From: Podarcis melisellensis
Lineage: Eukaryota
NCBI GenBank assembly: GCA_964234715.1
Contig: OZ174288.1
Reading direction: 5' to 3' (one strand)
Length of the DNA: 64,000 bases
This document shows, piece by piece, positions 24,316 through 37,575 of the stretch. Position 1 is the stretch's first letter. Every line of letters starts with the position of its first letter. The notes beneath the pieces are model-generated. The model ran no database searches and had not been told where the DNA came from. It was given only the letters and a program-made list of their open reading frames with translations. Made by a program: the position numbers and the translations under genes.

Positions 24316-25622
24316 CCAAGTCTCCTCAACCCCAGCTAGCCTGGTCAATGGAGCCTCAGACCAGCAACATCTGCAGACCACCGTGTTGCCTACACGGTGT
24401 AGAGGAGTATTGTGCCCCATCTCACTCCCCCAAAGGAACAAACGAAGGCACCTGCAACCAAAATGGAGAGATCAGCTTTGAAGATTTCTCTCTCCCCCCC
24501 CCCCCGGCCCCCACTGGTAATCAAGATATTTTGATAGAACTCAACAGTTTCTTTCCAAGGGATGAAGGTGGATAGTTTGCAGGTGGCCAGTACAGTGAGG
24601 AATTATGTGCTGCGCAATACCACATCTTTGAGCACATCCTGGAAACTGGGATGGTCACATCTGCATTCAGAGTAAACCCCCCCTTGCCCCTGTTCCTCCC
24701 TTCCCCAGGCACCTGCTTTCCCAACTGCCTCTCTTGGAAATGAGAAAAAGTCACCCATTGTAAACAGGTGCTTTGGCTTGGTTTGACGATAAACGATGTT
24801 CAGGTTTCTGAATTCTGCTGCAGCAGGTACCAAATCACTAACCACAGCTGAAGACCCCCATTAGGTTTGACCCAGTAGCTAAAAAGTTCGGGGGGTTGTG
24901 TTTTTTGGGGGGGTGGGGAAGTGCTGTAGGGTTGGGGTTTGAAATATAAAAACAGACATAATAAAACAAAATCTTAGTAAAATATGTCTATTTCTGTATC
25001 TGCTTTCTTGGCTAGGTTTCCAGTCTCTGAAGGACAGTATCAAGATGCGGTGGAGGCCAGGGCATTAGGGCAAATGGGGCACACTTTTTTCCCTTCGCCA
25101 CCTTCGTTTTTCACTAGCACTCTCACAGGAGTGAGGGAGAGGCCCATCTCTACCCTCACCAATACTCTTTATATAATCCCACCTTCCTCACTTTCCTAAG
25201 TGCCCTTTACACATTGCAACACGGTGTTGTTGCAACATGTTAAACAGCACAGTGTCTCGGGCTCTTCCAAACAACCTGTTTATTGAGAATTCATCCTGCT
25301 TTGCTTGCACAAAGCATATCTGGGACATAGATTGTATCTGCTCCTTATTTGCTGGTTTGTTTGTATGACAATGTATGTATTGTATCACTTCCCACCCCTG
25401 TTTCTTCCCATTCACTGCGTACATCATTCATTCACTGCAGCAAGCAAATCAGGATGAGTCATTGTGATAGAACCTCCCCACAAACCAATCAGAACGAATG
25501 CTCAGTAAAGACCAGACTGAGTCTAACCTCTGCATAAGCTTTGTGCAAGCAGATCAGGATGAATGCCCGGTGAATAGGCCTCTTCCAGAGGAGCCTGTTA
25601 TAAGGACAGTGACCATTTAGAA

Positions 25623-25880
25623 CAGGGCTCAGCAAATTTTTTCAGCAGGGGGCCAGTCCACTGTCCCTCAGACCTTGTGGGGGGCCGGACTATATTTTGG
25701 AAAAAAAAATATGAACGAAGTCCTATGGCCCACAAATAACCCAGAGATGCATTTTAAATAAATGGACACATTCACATTCTACTCATGTAAAAACACGCTG
25801 ATTCCCAGACTGTCCATGGGCCAGATTGAGAAGGCGATTGGGCTGGATTCGGCCCCCGGGCCTTAGTTTGCCTACCCATG
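25623..25880. mobile_element. hAT MITE
   Basis: 8-bp TSD ATTTAGAA (25615-25622, 25881-25888); CA..GG terminal repeats. Confidence 0.9.
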
Positions 25881-26854
25881 ATTTAGAACAAGCAGCTGAA
25901 TGAAGCAGCAGCCACAGGTGCTGTGATCCCTGTGCTTCCCTTTTATATAATTAAGCTTTACGAAAAAGTGTGGCTGAGTGTGCCTCTAAAATTTCTGTAC
26001 TCCTGTGTTCGTGCACAGGCATGTGGTATGCAAGCCATTTAAAATGCAGCAAAAGATTCGCAGGAAAGCAAAGTTTTTCATTTGGGCACTTCTCACGCAT
26101 ACATTAATTAAAATTATATGGATGGCAAGAGAGATCCTGGCCTTCTCTTCTGGCACCATGAGTTGATATTTTAAATGTTTCCTTCTTCTTTGTGATAACA
26201 CCTGAAATCTGTGCAAACATTTTTTCCTTTGGTATTATTGCTGTTATTGTTTCCAAATTTTTTGCTATCCAAAAAAAAAAAATCCTCAAAGTGGTTTAAG
26301 TGTAATAAAACCACATCAAATGATTCACATAACAAAATACATAAAAATATCCGTATGCCTAAACATAATAGAAAATTGGAGAGCACTGTTAAGATTCCAG
26401 ACCAACCATCCAACCGTACATCCAGCCACACTAACCATCCATTTCACACAACCACTACAACCATTCACAGCCTCAAGCATTAAAACCAGGAAGCAAGTGT
26501 AAATAAACCACTTGCACTCAACAATATTGCAACTCAAGTGCAAGAAATAAGATGTATGGTGTAAGTCAGGAGTCAGGGAGGCTTCTACAGCCTGGGGGGC
26601 TGCATCCCCCCTCAGCAACCTGAAGACTGAAGCTGGGGTGGGCGGGGCTAGAGGCAAAAGGTGGGCGGAGCAATAAATTTACATTTTACCTTTCATTCTA
26701 CCTGCACAAACCTACCTACCTCTATCCTCCATCCAGGCAAGTGAGAGGCATCACCAGAGTTGAAGGACACATTTTAGCCAGGCAGAGAAACACCCAAGGG
26801 AGCAGGCAGCTGTGGAGGGTGTGTATGGCATGGGGAAAGTCTTAAGAGCATTTA

Positions 26855-27586
26855 TAGTGGTACCTCGGGTTAAGAATTTAGTTCGTTCTGGAGGTCCGTT
26901 CTTAACCTGAAACTGTTCTTAACCTGAGGTACCACTTTAGCATCTTAAAAAGCAGAGACATCACCTTGCCAACAAAGGTCCATATAGTTAAAGCTATGGT
27001 TTTCCCAGTAGTGATGTATGGAAGTGAGAGCTGGACCATAAAGAAGGCTGATCGCCAAAGAATTGATGCTTTTGAATTATGGTGCTGGAGGAGACTCTTG
27101 AAAGTCCCATGGACTGCAAGAAGATCAAACCTACCCATTCTGAAGGAAATCAGCCCTGAGTGCTCACTGGAAGGACAGATCGTGAAGCTGAGGCTCCAAT
27201 ACTTTGGCCACCTCATGAGAAGAGAAGACTCCCTGGAAAAGACCCTGATGTTGGGAAAGATGGAGGGCACAAGGAGAAGGGGACGGCAGAGGACAAGATG
27301 TTTGGACAGTGTTCTCAAAGCTACCAGCATGAGTTTAACCGAACTGCGGGAGGCAGTGAAAGACAGGAGTGCCTGGTGTGCTCTGGTCTATGGGGTCACA
27401 GAGAGTCAGACACGACTAAGCGACTAAACAACAACAACTTTAGCTAATGGGGCCTCCCGCTGCTGCTGCTGCGCCACCACTGCATGATTTCTGTTCTCAT
27501 CCTGAAGCAAAGTTCTTAATCTGAGGTCCTATTTCTGGGTTAGCAGAGTCTGTAACCTGAAGCGTCTGTAACCCGAGGTAGCACTG
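26855..27586. mobile_element. Tc1/mariner MITE (CAGTGGTACCTC family) split by BovB
   Basis: TIRs with TA flanks; halves match 13702-13927 in inverse orientation. Confidence 0.88.
26942..27436 (+). mobile_element. BovB 3' fragment
   Basis: Open RTE C-terminal frame 26966-27427; (CAA)n tail; TSD ACTTTAG(C). Confidence 0.92.
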
Positions 27587-28234
27587 TATTTGCCCACCTC
27601 AACCTGGGACAGAGGTTCCCCATAGCAGTAAATGAAGCCTGGATTTTAGGAGTACATAAATGAAAAGGCCCTCCTCCTCTCTCAGGCACACACTCGCATA
27701 CAAAGCCGGCAGGGATCCCCTCTCCCTCCCCCAGCATCAATGTTGTTTCGGAAGATCCCAGCCTTGCGGAGCCCCTTGTGCTCTCCAGCTCCATGGAAAC
27801 ACCAGGCAAGCAGAACACAGCGTTGAGCGCGAGGGCGGCTGCTGCAGGCTGGCCGCTGCTGCGCTCTGGGAAACCCTGAAGCAGGGAGGTGCCCTCTCCT
27901 TCACCCTCGCCCGCCTCCCTCCCTTCCTCCCTGCTGCGTCCTTTATGGGTGGGTAGATGGAAGAGGAAAGAGATGCATTTAAAGCATCCAGGCTGGGCAA
28001 GGTAGGATTCCTCCCCTCCCCATGCACAGCCCTATGGCATCTGCAGGAAATGAGGCAGGAACAAGGTGAAATGTGCTTTTCTCTCTCCTGAGCCCCCGTC
28101 AAGTGCAGGCTGTGTAAGCAAGAGGGTACAAAAGGCAGTTGTGCCTGAGATTCATTTGGGGGACCCTGGAAAACCAGTTGGACAGCGTGGGCAGTACTGG
28201 GCTGATGGGCTATTTATGTACTTACTATTATCAA

Positions 28235-28562
28235 GGGACGCGGGTGGTGCTGTGGTCTAAACCATAGAGCCTAGGGCTTGCCGTTCAGAAGGTTGGCGGT
28301 TCGAATCCCTGTGTTGGGGTGAGCTCCCGTTGCTCGGTCCCTGCTCCTGCCAACCTAGCAGTTCGAAAGCACGAAGTGCAAGTAGATAAATAGGTACCAC
28401 TCCAGAGGGAAGGTAAACGGCGTTTCCGTGCGCTGCTCTGGTTTGCCAGAAGTGGCTTAGTCATGCTGGCCACAGGACCTGGAAGCTATAGAGCGAGATG
28501 AACACTGCAACTCCAGAGTTGTCCGCGATTGGACCTAACAGCCAGGGGTACCTTTACCTTTA
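28235..28562 (+). mobile_element. Sauria SINE (internal deletion)
   Basis: Head/tail as above; TSD TACTATTATCA. Confidence 0.9.
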
Positions 28563-28962
28563 CTATTACTATTATCACCACTACTGATGATGTAATGGAG
28601 GGAGAACCCAGCAGCAGTCCTGGTTTGTGCAGTCAGGAACACAGGGACCTGCCTTACCAGTGTCAGACCCTTGGGCCCATCTAGCTCAGTGTGGTGGCTC
28701 TGCAAGGTTTCAGACAAGAGGCCCCGTCAGCGCAACCACAAGATGCTGAAGTTTGAACCCAGCTCTTTTGCATGCAAGCAGTGAGCTGTGGCCCTAGACA
28801 CAGAACACACACACACGAAATGGCTGTACATGCTAGGGCTGTACACATCCGCCTTGTAGTTCTGATGTGGGGTTTCCAATCAGGTCAATTTGCCCCGGGC
28901 CAACCTGGGGGCCACCCACAGCACCTCGGATCCTGTCCCCAAATTAGGACATAAGAAGAGCC

Positions 28963-29137
28963 CTGTCTTCCACTGCCTCCCGCTGCTTGGTCAGACTCAT
29001 GCTGGTAGCTTCGAGAACACTGTCCAACCATCTCGTCCTGTCGTCCCCTTCTCCTTATGCCCTCTATCTTTCCCAACATCAGGGTCTTTTCCAGGGAGTC
29101 TTCTCTTCTAATGAGGTGGCCAAAGTATTGGAGCCTC
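28963..29137 (-). mobile_element. BovB internal fragment
   Basis: RLQYFGHLIRREDSLEKTLMLGKIEG on minus strand. Confidence 0.85.
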
Positions 29138-30373
29138 GAGGGAGCACCCCAAAAGACTAATGCCTCTGATGAGTGCTGAGGAGCAATCCTTTTGGGTGGG
29201 GGCATCAGGGAGGAAGGAGAAGCGGGAATAGTCAGGTTCCTGCTACCTTCTCTCGGGAAGATGGGTTTTCCTCTCTGATGGCTGCCCCACGACAGCTCCA
29301 GATAGCTCTGGGTTGTCCAACCCAACCTGTCCATCTGTCTCAGCCCACATCAACTCACACCTGAATCCCTCTGAACCGGCCTGATTTGTCTTTTTCCAAT
29401 TCGAATCCATGCCCAGTCCTCATATTTATACAGCCCCATCCATAGCATGGCACTTTACAAAGAGTGAGGCAGTTCACAATCTAGAAAAAGATGTCAGGAA
29501 GAAACACAGAGGTAGCAGATGCAGGGAAATACATGATTAATGCAAAAGCATAGATTCTGACCGAGCTGCAACATGGTAATGTTTTGCAGAGGGGAGAAAA
29601 TGCCCCTCACCCCCAGAGCTATTCTGCATGGGGGGCAGGTGTCTCAGTAGGTACATTTTGCTGCCCTGGTGGCAACCACCCCCCCCTTTGCTACTTGAAT
29701 AGTCCACTCATAAGACAGACCAATTTGGCAAATGATTTCTTTCGCAAATTCCTGTTAAGACCGCAAGAGGGCACTGCCTTTCCAAGCAAAATCTATCTAG
29801 AAGCTGATTTCCAGAGGGGGAGTCCAGGTGACTGCTTTCTGCTGTGCTTTCAAGCATCTTTACGATGTGGCCTTGAACTGGCTGGGATACGTCTAAGCAA
29901 CAAAGTGGACCAGAGATTCCACTTCCTGTCCTCCATTTCTTCTCTCTCTCCCCACTCCAGCCACTTCCTGGCATCAAGGGCCATTATCCTTAATAGTGAT
30001 TGAGATTATTTTTTTGCTAAGTACAAGGGAAATGGGATCCCAGGATGACTTAAAAATACCAGTTGCCGTGACAACGCAGCAGTGGATGATAAGGAGACCT
30101 CATTTGTGGCTTAATGGCTGGGAGAGAGTAGCTAATTAAACACCAGCCTGACAAGAAAATTAGCAGGTGAGCAAAAGCCTTGTCCAACCTGTCTCTCCGT
30201 CTTCATTGAGGTGATCATTATGGTCTGGTGGTATTATTTTATTCTTCCCCTCTGCAGTTCGACCGCTGTGTACGGCCACCGGGAAATGAAGCAATAGGGA
30301 TTCTGCAGTGGCAGAAAAGGCGGTAGCACTTTAGGTTGCAAGTGGGGCAATTTTTTAAAGAAAGGAATCCTGT

Positions 30374-30951
30374 TGTCGTGGACTGGTGTAGTCACAGAGT
30401 GGTGGTGGGGTGGGAACCCCCAGGGGAAGAAGGTTCAGAACCCGGGAAGTGGTGGCAGGATGACAATAAATGGTCAATGGGAAGAGAGGGAAAAGACGGG
30501 GGAAAGGAGATGTTGAAAGCTAAAGGGATTACAGGGCTCAGGGGGTTGGGAGAGCCTGTAGCAGAGAGAAGTTCAGAAACAGAAGTGGGAGAGGACGAAG
30601 GCCAAGAGGCAGAGAGGAGTCCAGCTGGTGAAGAGGCAAGGTGTCTCTGCCTCCTGCTTGCTGCAACAAGCTTCCCTCTCAGGTCTCCCAGCACCAGGAG
30701 AGGAATGGATAGGGCAGAGAAGTTAGCTTCTCAGGCTGCAGGCGCAGTCTCAGATTACTTGGGGGAAACCCTGGAGAGGAGGCGACTAGGGCAGCTGTGG
30801 GGAGGTGGGGGCCTTCAGTCTCATCAACTGCTTCATGGGGGCAAGACCTGCTGGAGATGACCTGCTGTGCTCATTAGGCCTCCTGTGCAAATCCTGTTTT
30901 TTGTTAACTTCAACTTGCTTGGTGTAATTTACTGCTGGCTTACTGCTGTCA
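30374..30951 (+). mobile_element. Solo LTR (probably Gypsy), 578 bp
   Basis: TG...CA ends; 5-bp TSD CCTGT (30369-30373, 30952-30956). Confidence 0.85.
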
Positions 30952-31044
30952 CCTGTGTTTCAAAAACAAAGGAACCACACAGTACAAAGGTTCCAGTCCA
31001 GGGATGGGAAATCTTGTTCATCCCGAAGGCCAGATACCTTTAGG

Positions 31045-31340
31045 GGCACAGGCATTGGCGGTGGGACAGTGATGGGAGGTCAGAGGGAGAAGAGGGAGCA
31101 GTCTGCAGGGAAGAAGTGTCGGAATCTGAAGAGGTAACAAGAGTTTAGTGAGCAGGAAGAGGCTGTGGCAGAGAGCAGTCCAGAAACAGAGCCAGAAGCA
31201 GAGGGGAGACAAGAGGCAGAGTGGAGGCAGGCTGCTGAAGAAGCCAGACAAGGTCTCCCCATCCTGCTGTGACCAACTCCCCTCCATCCTTGGTCTCCCA
31301 GAACCCACAGAGGTATGAAGAGGGTGAAGCAAAGAGACAC
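31045..31340 (+). mobile_element. Truncated copy of the same LTR family
   Basis: Colinear with 14370-14660 and 30440-30720. Confidence 0.7.
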
Positions 31341-31849
31341 AAGTATGACTGGCTATCTTTGTAGCTACTCTACTTTTAAATGGAATTTTGTAGCTTTTTC
31401 CAGCTCTTTAGTTGAATTTAGCTAAATTTGTTGAATTATTGTGAGCCACCTTGTACTCTTGGTTACAAAGAGGCCAGATATAAACACTTTAAATAAATAG
31501 ACATATAAATTAACTCCCATTTTCCAGCATACAAAGCCCTTTCTAACAATTGTTTCAAACAATTCAGTGAAACAGTGCTGAGCTCTGTGTCCAACAGCTG
31601 TGTTAGGCACCTGAGGCCACCATATTGCTGAAGCTAAGCAGGTTTGTGTCCGGGTCAATGCACGGATGGGTTCCCTCCTGAGAATGGAATGTATACCACC
31701 TTGTGGTTCCATGATGGAAGAATGGATATGTGACTAACTCCAGTGTCTTCATTTCTGGACCAGAATTCCAACAGGTTGTGTTCCTACCTACCACCTCTTA
31801 AAATAATTATAAATAGTTCAGTTACATTGTAATTTAAAGAAATTATTCT

Positions 31850-34800
31850 CAAACACCGCACCCTTGTTCCAGAACGTAACTGGGGCTTCAGTGTTCTGAA
31901 ATGCTCATCGAGGGACACTGCTAAAATGCAAGGACAAAAGTTTTTTAAAACACAAACAAAACTCTAGACAAAGGCAGAACTCGATTAGATTAAAAAAGTG
32001 TATTGGATATCCAATACCAAATAATAAACATGACAGTATTAAAAATTTATAGAGTATACAGCAAATACTACAGGAAAAAAATGTACAGAAAGGAAGAAGT
32101 TTACAGCAGTCCTCAGAACTCTCCTACATCAGAACTGTAAAACAATATACAGAGGTCTTCCCACCCCCTTCTCCATATTCAGCTGGAGGAAGCTGCTGCA
32201 GAGCAGCTTAGCTATGACACTACAAGATACACAATGTTCCAAATTTAAAATCACAAGATATGTAAAAAACAGTGTTAAAATGTGAAAAAGTGCAATACAT
32301 ATTGTACACTGACTTGAATAAATGTTTCCTTTTTTGTTTTAACCTTAAAAAACCAACTTTGAACAGTTGTTTTATTATTAAAAATATCCCCCACCCCATT
32401 CCCAGATTCATGGCAATATTGACATTCATGGTGTTCGACGTAAAGTAGCAATATATTCACAAAAATCCACCAGTGGGGGAAATACTGAGTACACATGATG
32501 GAATTTCTTTGGGTATAGATATGAAAGAGAAATGTACACATCTGAGGAGCGGAATGCGTGCACTAACTGAATTCAGTGGACGCAATGAGGACCCTACATA
32601 AAGGATTTCCTGTTCTTCACAAGAACTTTGCATGTACAAAGGAAAACAGTCACATGGAACATTCCCTTTCGCAGGAATGGGAAGCCCCTTTTGATTACAG
32701 ATGCCCACCCTGATTATACAGGGCTCTGGATCATACCAAATAGCCCAGATCCAGAGAAGTGCATTTCAACACCTGTGGGCCTTTTAATGTACTATTAAAA
32801 AATTCTCCTCTCCCTCACTGGAAGCTCTTTCTGATTTATGAGGCATGCGTGTGTGTGTGTGTGTGGCACCTCTCCCCTTCCTTCTGCATACCAAAGTATT
32901 AAGGAAAATAAAAACCTCCACCACACATACAGAGAACAGATAATTGGATCCAGGCCAGTGTCTGAATCCTTCTCTCTCCCCAACCCAAACCTCATCTAAT
33001 TTTACTCAATGCCTATTTTGCAGGTGTGCCAGTTTGCTCTTATGATGGACTTTTTGCTGACTGCCCCAACCCCAAATAAGCATCCTATTAACCTATGAGA
33101 ATAAACTGGGGAGGAATCTACACCCACGTACTAGGACTGTGAATGTCTCTGGGGCATTAGGATGTTTACTGTTGGAAGACAGAACACTGAGCTAGGTGAA
33201 CATGGCACTTAATTATCCCACTGTAAATTCAGTACAGTATTTAAAAAATAAATGGCTTTTCTTATGCATATGTTATAGCTGCTAATCAGAATGAATTAAT
33301 ACATTTCTTCAGTGCTCACCATCAGAAACCACTAGTCAATTTTAGTCTGTCGGCATCCCTATTTTCCATAATTGCTTCCAAGAAATCTTCAAGATGAATC
33401 TGCTGATACAAAACCAGAAAGCAAATACGAGTCTGGAACTCTGTGAAGGGAAAGCAGCTTGAAGGAGTTGCTTCAGGGAAAGAAAGGGAAGGGCTGGGAA
33501 GGGTTAAGCATCCCACCTTAGCCCTACCTCTTCATCCCTTTAAGTAATTCTCTCCTGATACTGGTTCTCAGTAGAGAGCAGTGGCTGGGTGTTTTCAAAC
33601 TTGAGTTAGCCAGCAATAAAAACCATTCTAGCCTTATTCACATGGCAATTTAAAGGATCCAGTGAAGTCTGCCTCAGATCAGAGCACTGCAAACTCCAAG
33701 GGTTATGGGCTATTTCCTCCAACAGCACTGCTAATACTGACCCTAAAATAACACTGCTTTACACAGAACAAATTTGCTAAAGAAAACTACCTATTATGAC
33801 CTTTTGCTTCTTTTCCACCTTCCAACCCTTTTGAGTGTACACCTGAATTCCAAAAGCAGCGGGATTTTTTTTTTACAAAATCAGTCTCTTTTATTATGTT
33901 AAGTCACCACCCAATAGAGAGGATGGTGGTATGTCAAACTGGGCAGCAAATAGTATAAAGGAAATAACATCTCCTTTTAGCTTCCCTTTTTTTTTCAAGC
34001 AGCACCTGAGTCACAAACATTGTACGCCTAGGTTTTGTTTCCGTTTAGAATAAATAAGCCTGCAAAAGATGTTTTGCTAATTGTGGTTTAACACTGAAGG
34101 TATTTTTGAAGACCTATGGGACGGTGTACAACTACAGGGAAAAGTGCCCCCCCAATCTACTACTAACCTCTGTACATTAAAAGATCTGGAATAAAACTCA
34201 AGATGCAATGTAAATGTTAAAGAGGTTATCTTTCAAATAAAACATTAAAACAGAAATTTCTGCTGCCAAGACACACTGTGGTATCTGATGCTAAACAACC
34301 CTACATTTCTCAATAAAGCTTCCAGCCCCCATCCATTTAATAGCCAGACTCACTTAATGAGTAGCTCACAAAGCAAATGATAGGTGGTGGTTGTTGTTTT
34401 TAAAAAATCTGTTTCACGACTTAGAGCCTGTCCGCACAATAGGTTTTCTTGTTCACATGAGTAATGCCAAGTGTGTCCTGGCATGTGCTTACACAGGCAG
34501 AGGTAATGTGCAAACTGATAATCACAGACACAGTCAGGGGCCATTCCTGTGATAACTGTAGCACTTTCCCCAATCACTGTGATGAGGGAATTGTTGCAAT
34601 TACTATTCAGAATCACTCGCTTTGCACATTACATTTGCTCATCTGGGCATTCTCCAAGGGATGTTGGGGCTACTCATATGGATCAAGCTGTATTGTACAG
34701 TTAAACCTCTTTCCACTCAGTGGCTTCCTTCCCAGTGCCTACCTCCACCCCATATTGAAAAGGCAAACATAAAACAAACAAAAAGTTTCTCAGTGTTAGA

Positions 34801-35510
34801 TTTCAATCCAAACAGGCAGCTAATCTCACAGTGATGAGAGAGAATCTAGTCAGGCTTTTAATAATTATAATATAAAAATAAAAAAGCTTACAAATAGTGA
34901 TGCAGCATCCCCCAAGGTCATGGATTAACTGCTGGAAGGTGATATAATTATACACACACTAAAAATAAAAAATAAAACATAAAACAAACCGAACATTCCA
35001 CACTGGCAATGAATTCCCGTACACAATAGAACAAGCAATCAAACATCTGTCTAGGCTGTGGGAAACAACACAAATTTCTTTTTCTTCAGGTTACACTTTT
35101 TTTTTAATAAAAAAGATACAATAAAATAAAAACACACAAATAAAATTGTACATAAATGTGAATGTCCAACACTGAAAATGCAGGGAAGGTCACAGCACTG
35201 AGACAAAACCTGACTCAAATTAATGCTAAGTCCACTTCTTTGTCTGTATACTGGATTTCATCACATCGGCGCGTCTCCCTCAGCCATTTCTTGCAACATC
35301 TTAGCAGGAAGTGGAATCCAACTTTCCAACAGGTTCATTTCAGGTAATGAATAGAAAAGTCACTTGGTTAACCAGCATTGGCACTGATACTGCAGCTGGT
35401 TGAATATCCCTCTTGTGCTGTCCCCTAGTCTTTGTACATTTCCTTGTGCTCCAAGATTAAGTCCCAAGACCTGTGAAACAGGATTTGGAGTCCTTTCTTG
35501 GGGAAGGTGG
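31850..35510 (-). other. NEO1: Probable NEO1 3'UTR (distal end uncertain)
   Basis: Repeat-poor, U-rich on minus strand after stop; minus-strand AATAAA at 32371-32376 and ~33890. Confidence 0.5.
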
Positions 35511-35594
35511 TCATGCTGTTGTGATGGCATTAAGGTCCTTCATTAGTCCTTCCAGGTGGGCCATCTCTTTGGTCAGCTCATCTGGTTCATAATT
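35511..35594 (-). CDS. NEO1: NEO1 last coding exon (P3 motif)
   Basis: cag|AAT; [30 protein letters not shown]. Confidence 0.96.
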   Translation of the reverse strand, partial: NYEPDELTKEMAHLEGLMKDLNAITTA

Positions 35595-37438
35595 CTGCAG
35601 GAGATTTAACAGGGTTACTCGGCAAGATGAGCTGCATTGTTTTGGGTGGGGGAAGAATATGGTGAGGATATGGAACATGACAGCAAAGTCACATCTATTA
35701 GATGGATTGCGTTACTACAGAAATGGAAATGTCCCCATCCTATTTTTCATGCAAGGAGAAAGATGTGGGGAGATGCAGCACCAGAATTCAACATGCAGAC
35801 AACCCCCAGACAAACAGTGAATTAATGAGAGAGAATGTGATTAGGGAGGCAGGTAGGGACACAGGGAAAGAGGAAAAAGAAAAAGAAATCATCAACTTTT
35901 TGCACCCAAGGCACTATCTATGAAGAAGTACTCTAGGCATGTTCCAGCTGCCACCCAAATCTTGCTGAAAAATCTTGATGAGTTGGAGTTTCTCAGAGTG
36001 CATATTAAAGTGATAGACAACTTGCTAAACTCCAAGGGAATACACAAAAAGCTGAACTTGGAAGATATTGTATCCTTATTCTTCCACAGACTTTAAAATA
36101 CTGGACCCATCTATGTAAAAATGTTGAGTCTGTCCTTGAGAAAATATTTATGCAAGAAAACAGAAGTAATGAAAAATGATCAATGAGCTTGCCTGTATGT
36201 TCCAAGTCTTTTACAACAAGAAACTTATCCTGGCTTTTCAAAATGAAAGATAGTTTCTTTAAGCTGAGCAATGAAGGGTTATCTCTAACAAGAGCCAATT
36301 GTCTAAGGGTAGACAAATATGATTCCTTGCTGATGTTGTTGGACTCCAATTCCCATTAGCCCCAGCCAGTATGGTCAATGGAGAGGGATGATGGGATCTG
36401 GAGTCTAATAAGGACATCATGTTGGCTAACCCTGGGCTACCCTGGGTTCCTAGACATTATGAGATTTATTTTTTTACTCCATCTATGCTTTAAATCAGGA
36501 GAAGCAAACACTTTGCCCTCCAGAAGTTGTTGGACTATATATCCCATCCCTGACCATTAGCTAGGCTAGGTGGGGCAGATGGGAACTGGACTACAACAAC
36601 ACTTGGAAGGTATCACATTAGCTTTTCCTTTCTTAGATGAACTCAAATTTCCAAATCTGATATGGAATCTTTGGAATGAGACCCACTCATCACTAACAAT
36701 CAAGTTGCCTTAAAAAGAGGAAGAAAAGCCAATAGTGTACATCAGTCCACCGCAAAGCATAACATTTTAGAAAGGGCTGGTGCTCAGTTGGATGGCTTCC
36801 AGCTGCACTATTTCAAGTTGTAAAGAAATTATATGAAGAACGGGAGAATGTTCATATGGAAATACAAAGCTGCCTTATAAAAAGATAAAAACCACTGGTC
36901 TATCTATTCAAGCTTTGCTCTCTCTGACTGGCAGGGGCCTGCTAACTTTTCAGTCAGAGAGCTCTTTCCCAGCTCTGCTACTTCAGATCTTTTTAACTGA
37001 ACCTGGGACCTTACACATTCAAAGTCCATGCATTATCATGGAGCTACAGCCCTACCACAATCATCACTCTTGAAGAGGAAGGGGTTTTCAGAGCAGAAAT
37101 GCAGAGTTACTGATGGGCAGAGGCCTGGCGAACAGTAGCAATGTGAGCAGCTTACACATGTATTATTAGGTAACACACTATCATCAGGTTAGTATCGTCT
37201 TTTACGAAGTTTAGTGATCTTTACAGAAGGCCTCACTCAAATGGCAAAGCAAAGCAAAAAAAGTTGGTGGGAGCTATTCCACGAAGGAGACTTCTGAAAA
37301 ACTATTGTACCATAAGTGCCTTATACCATCTTTTAGTTCTCAAAAATATGTTTAATTTGAATTCTATTTTTACTCTCATTCACTACCAAGGTTTTGTATG
37401 TGATGGACGTTAGGCTACCTTCTAAGCAGGCTACTTAC

Positions 37439-37575
37439 ACTTTCTGAGTCTTCGAGCATCCTTGTTGTTTCCTGGACTTCAGGGGCACTTGGTACCACGA
37501 CTGGCATAGGAGGTCGAGTTCTCCCTAGGGTGCCAATTGATGCAGTCTTCACTGAATGAACTGGATGGCTAGAGG
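37439..37575 (-). CDS. NEO1: NEO1 coding exon
   Basis: [46 protein letters not shown]|gtaag; 137 bp. Confidence 0.95.

Larger units (their letters stand above)
20393..24990 (+). other. HCN4: Probable HCN4 3'UTR; candidate polyA signals at 22765-22770 and 24960-24965
   Basis: Follows stop codon; AATAAA hexamers, the distal one followed by a T/GT-rich tract; end point inferred. Confidence 0.5.

Noticed and set aside
24157-24481. Poly-L/K/F ORFs (also poly-I/N/Y near 6400, 7200 and 12900)
   Set aside because: Trinucleotide microsatellite tails of retroelements
31595-31720. 5S rRNA-like GAAGCTAAGCAGG..GGATGGG
   Set aside because: Short and degenerate; more likely a 5S-derived repeat remnant than a gene
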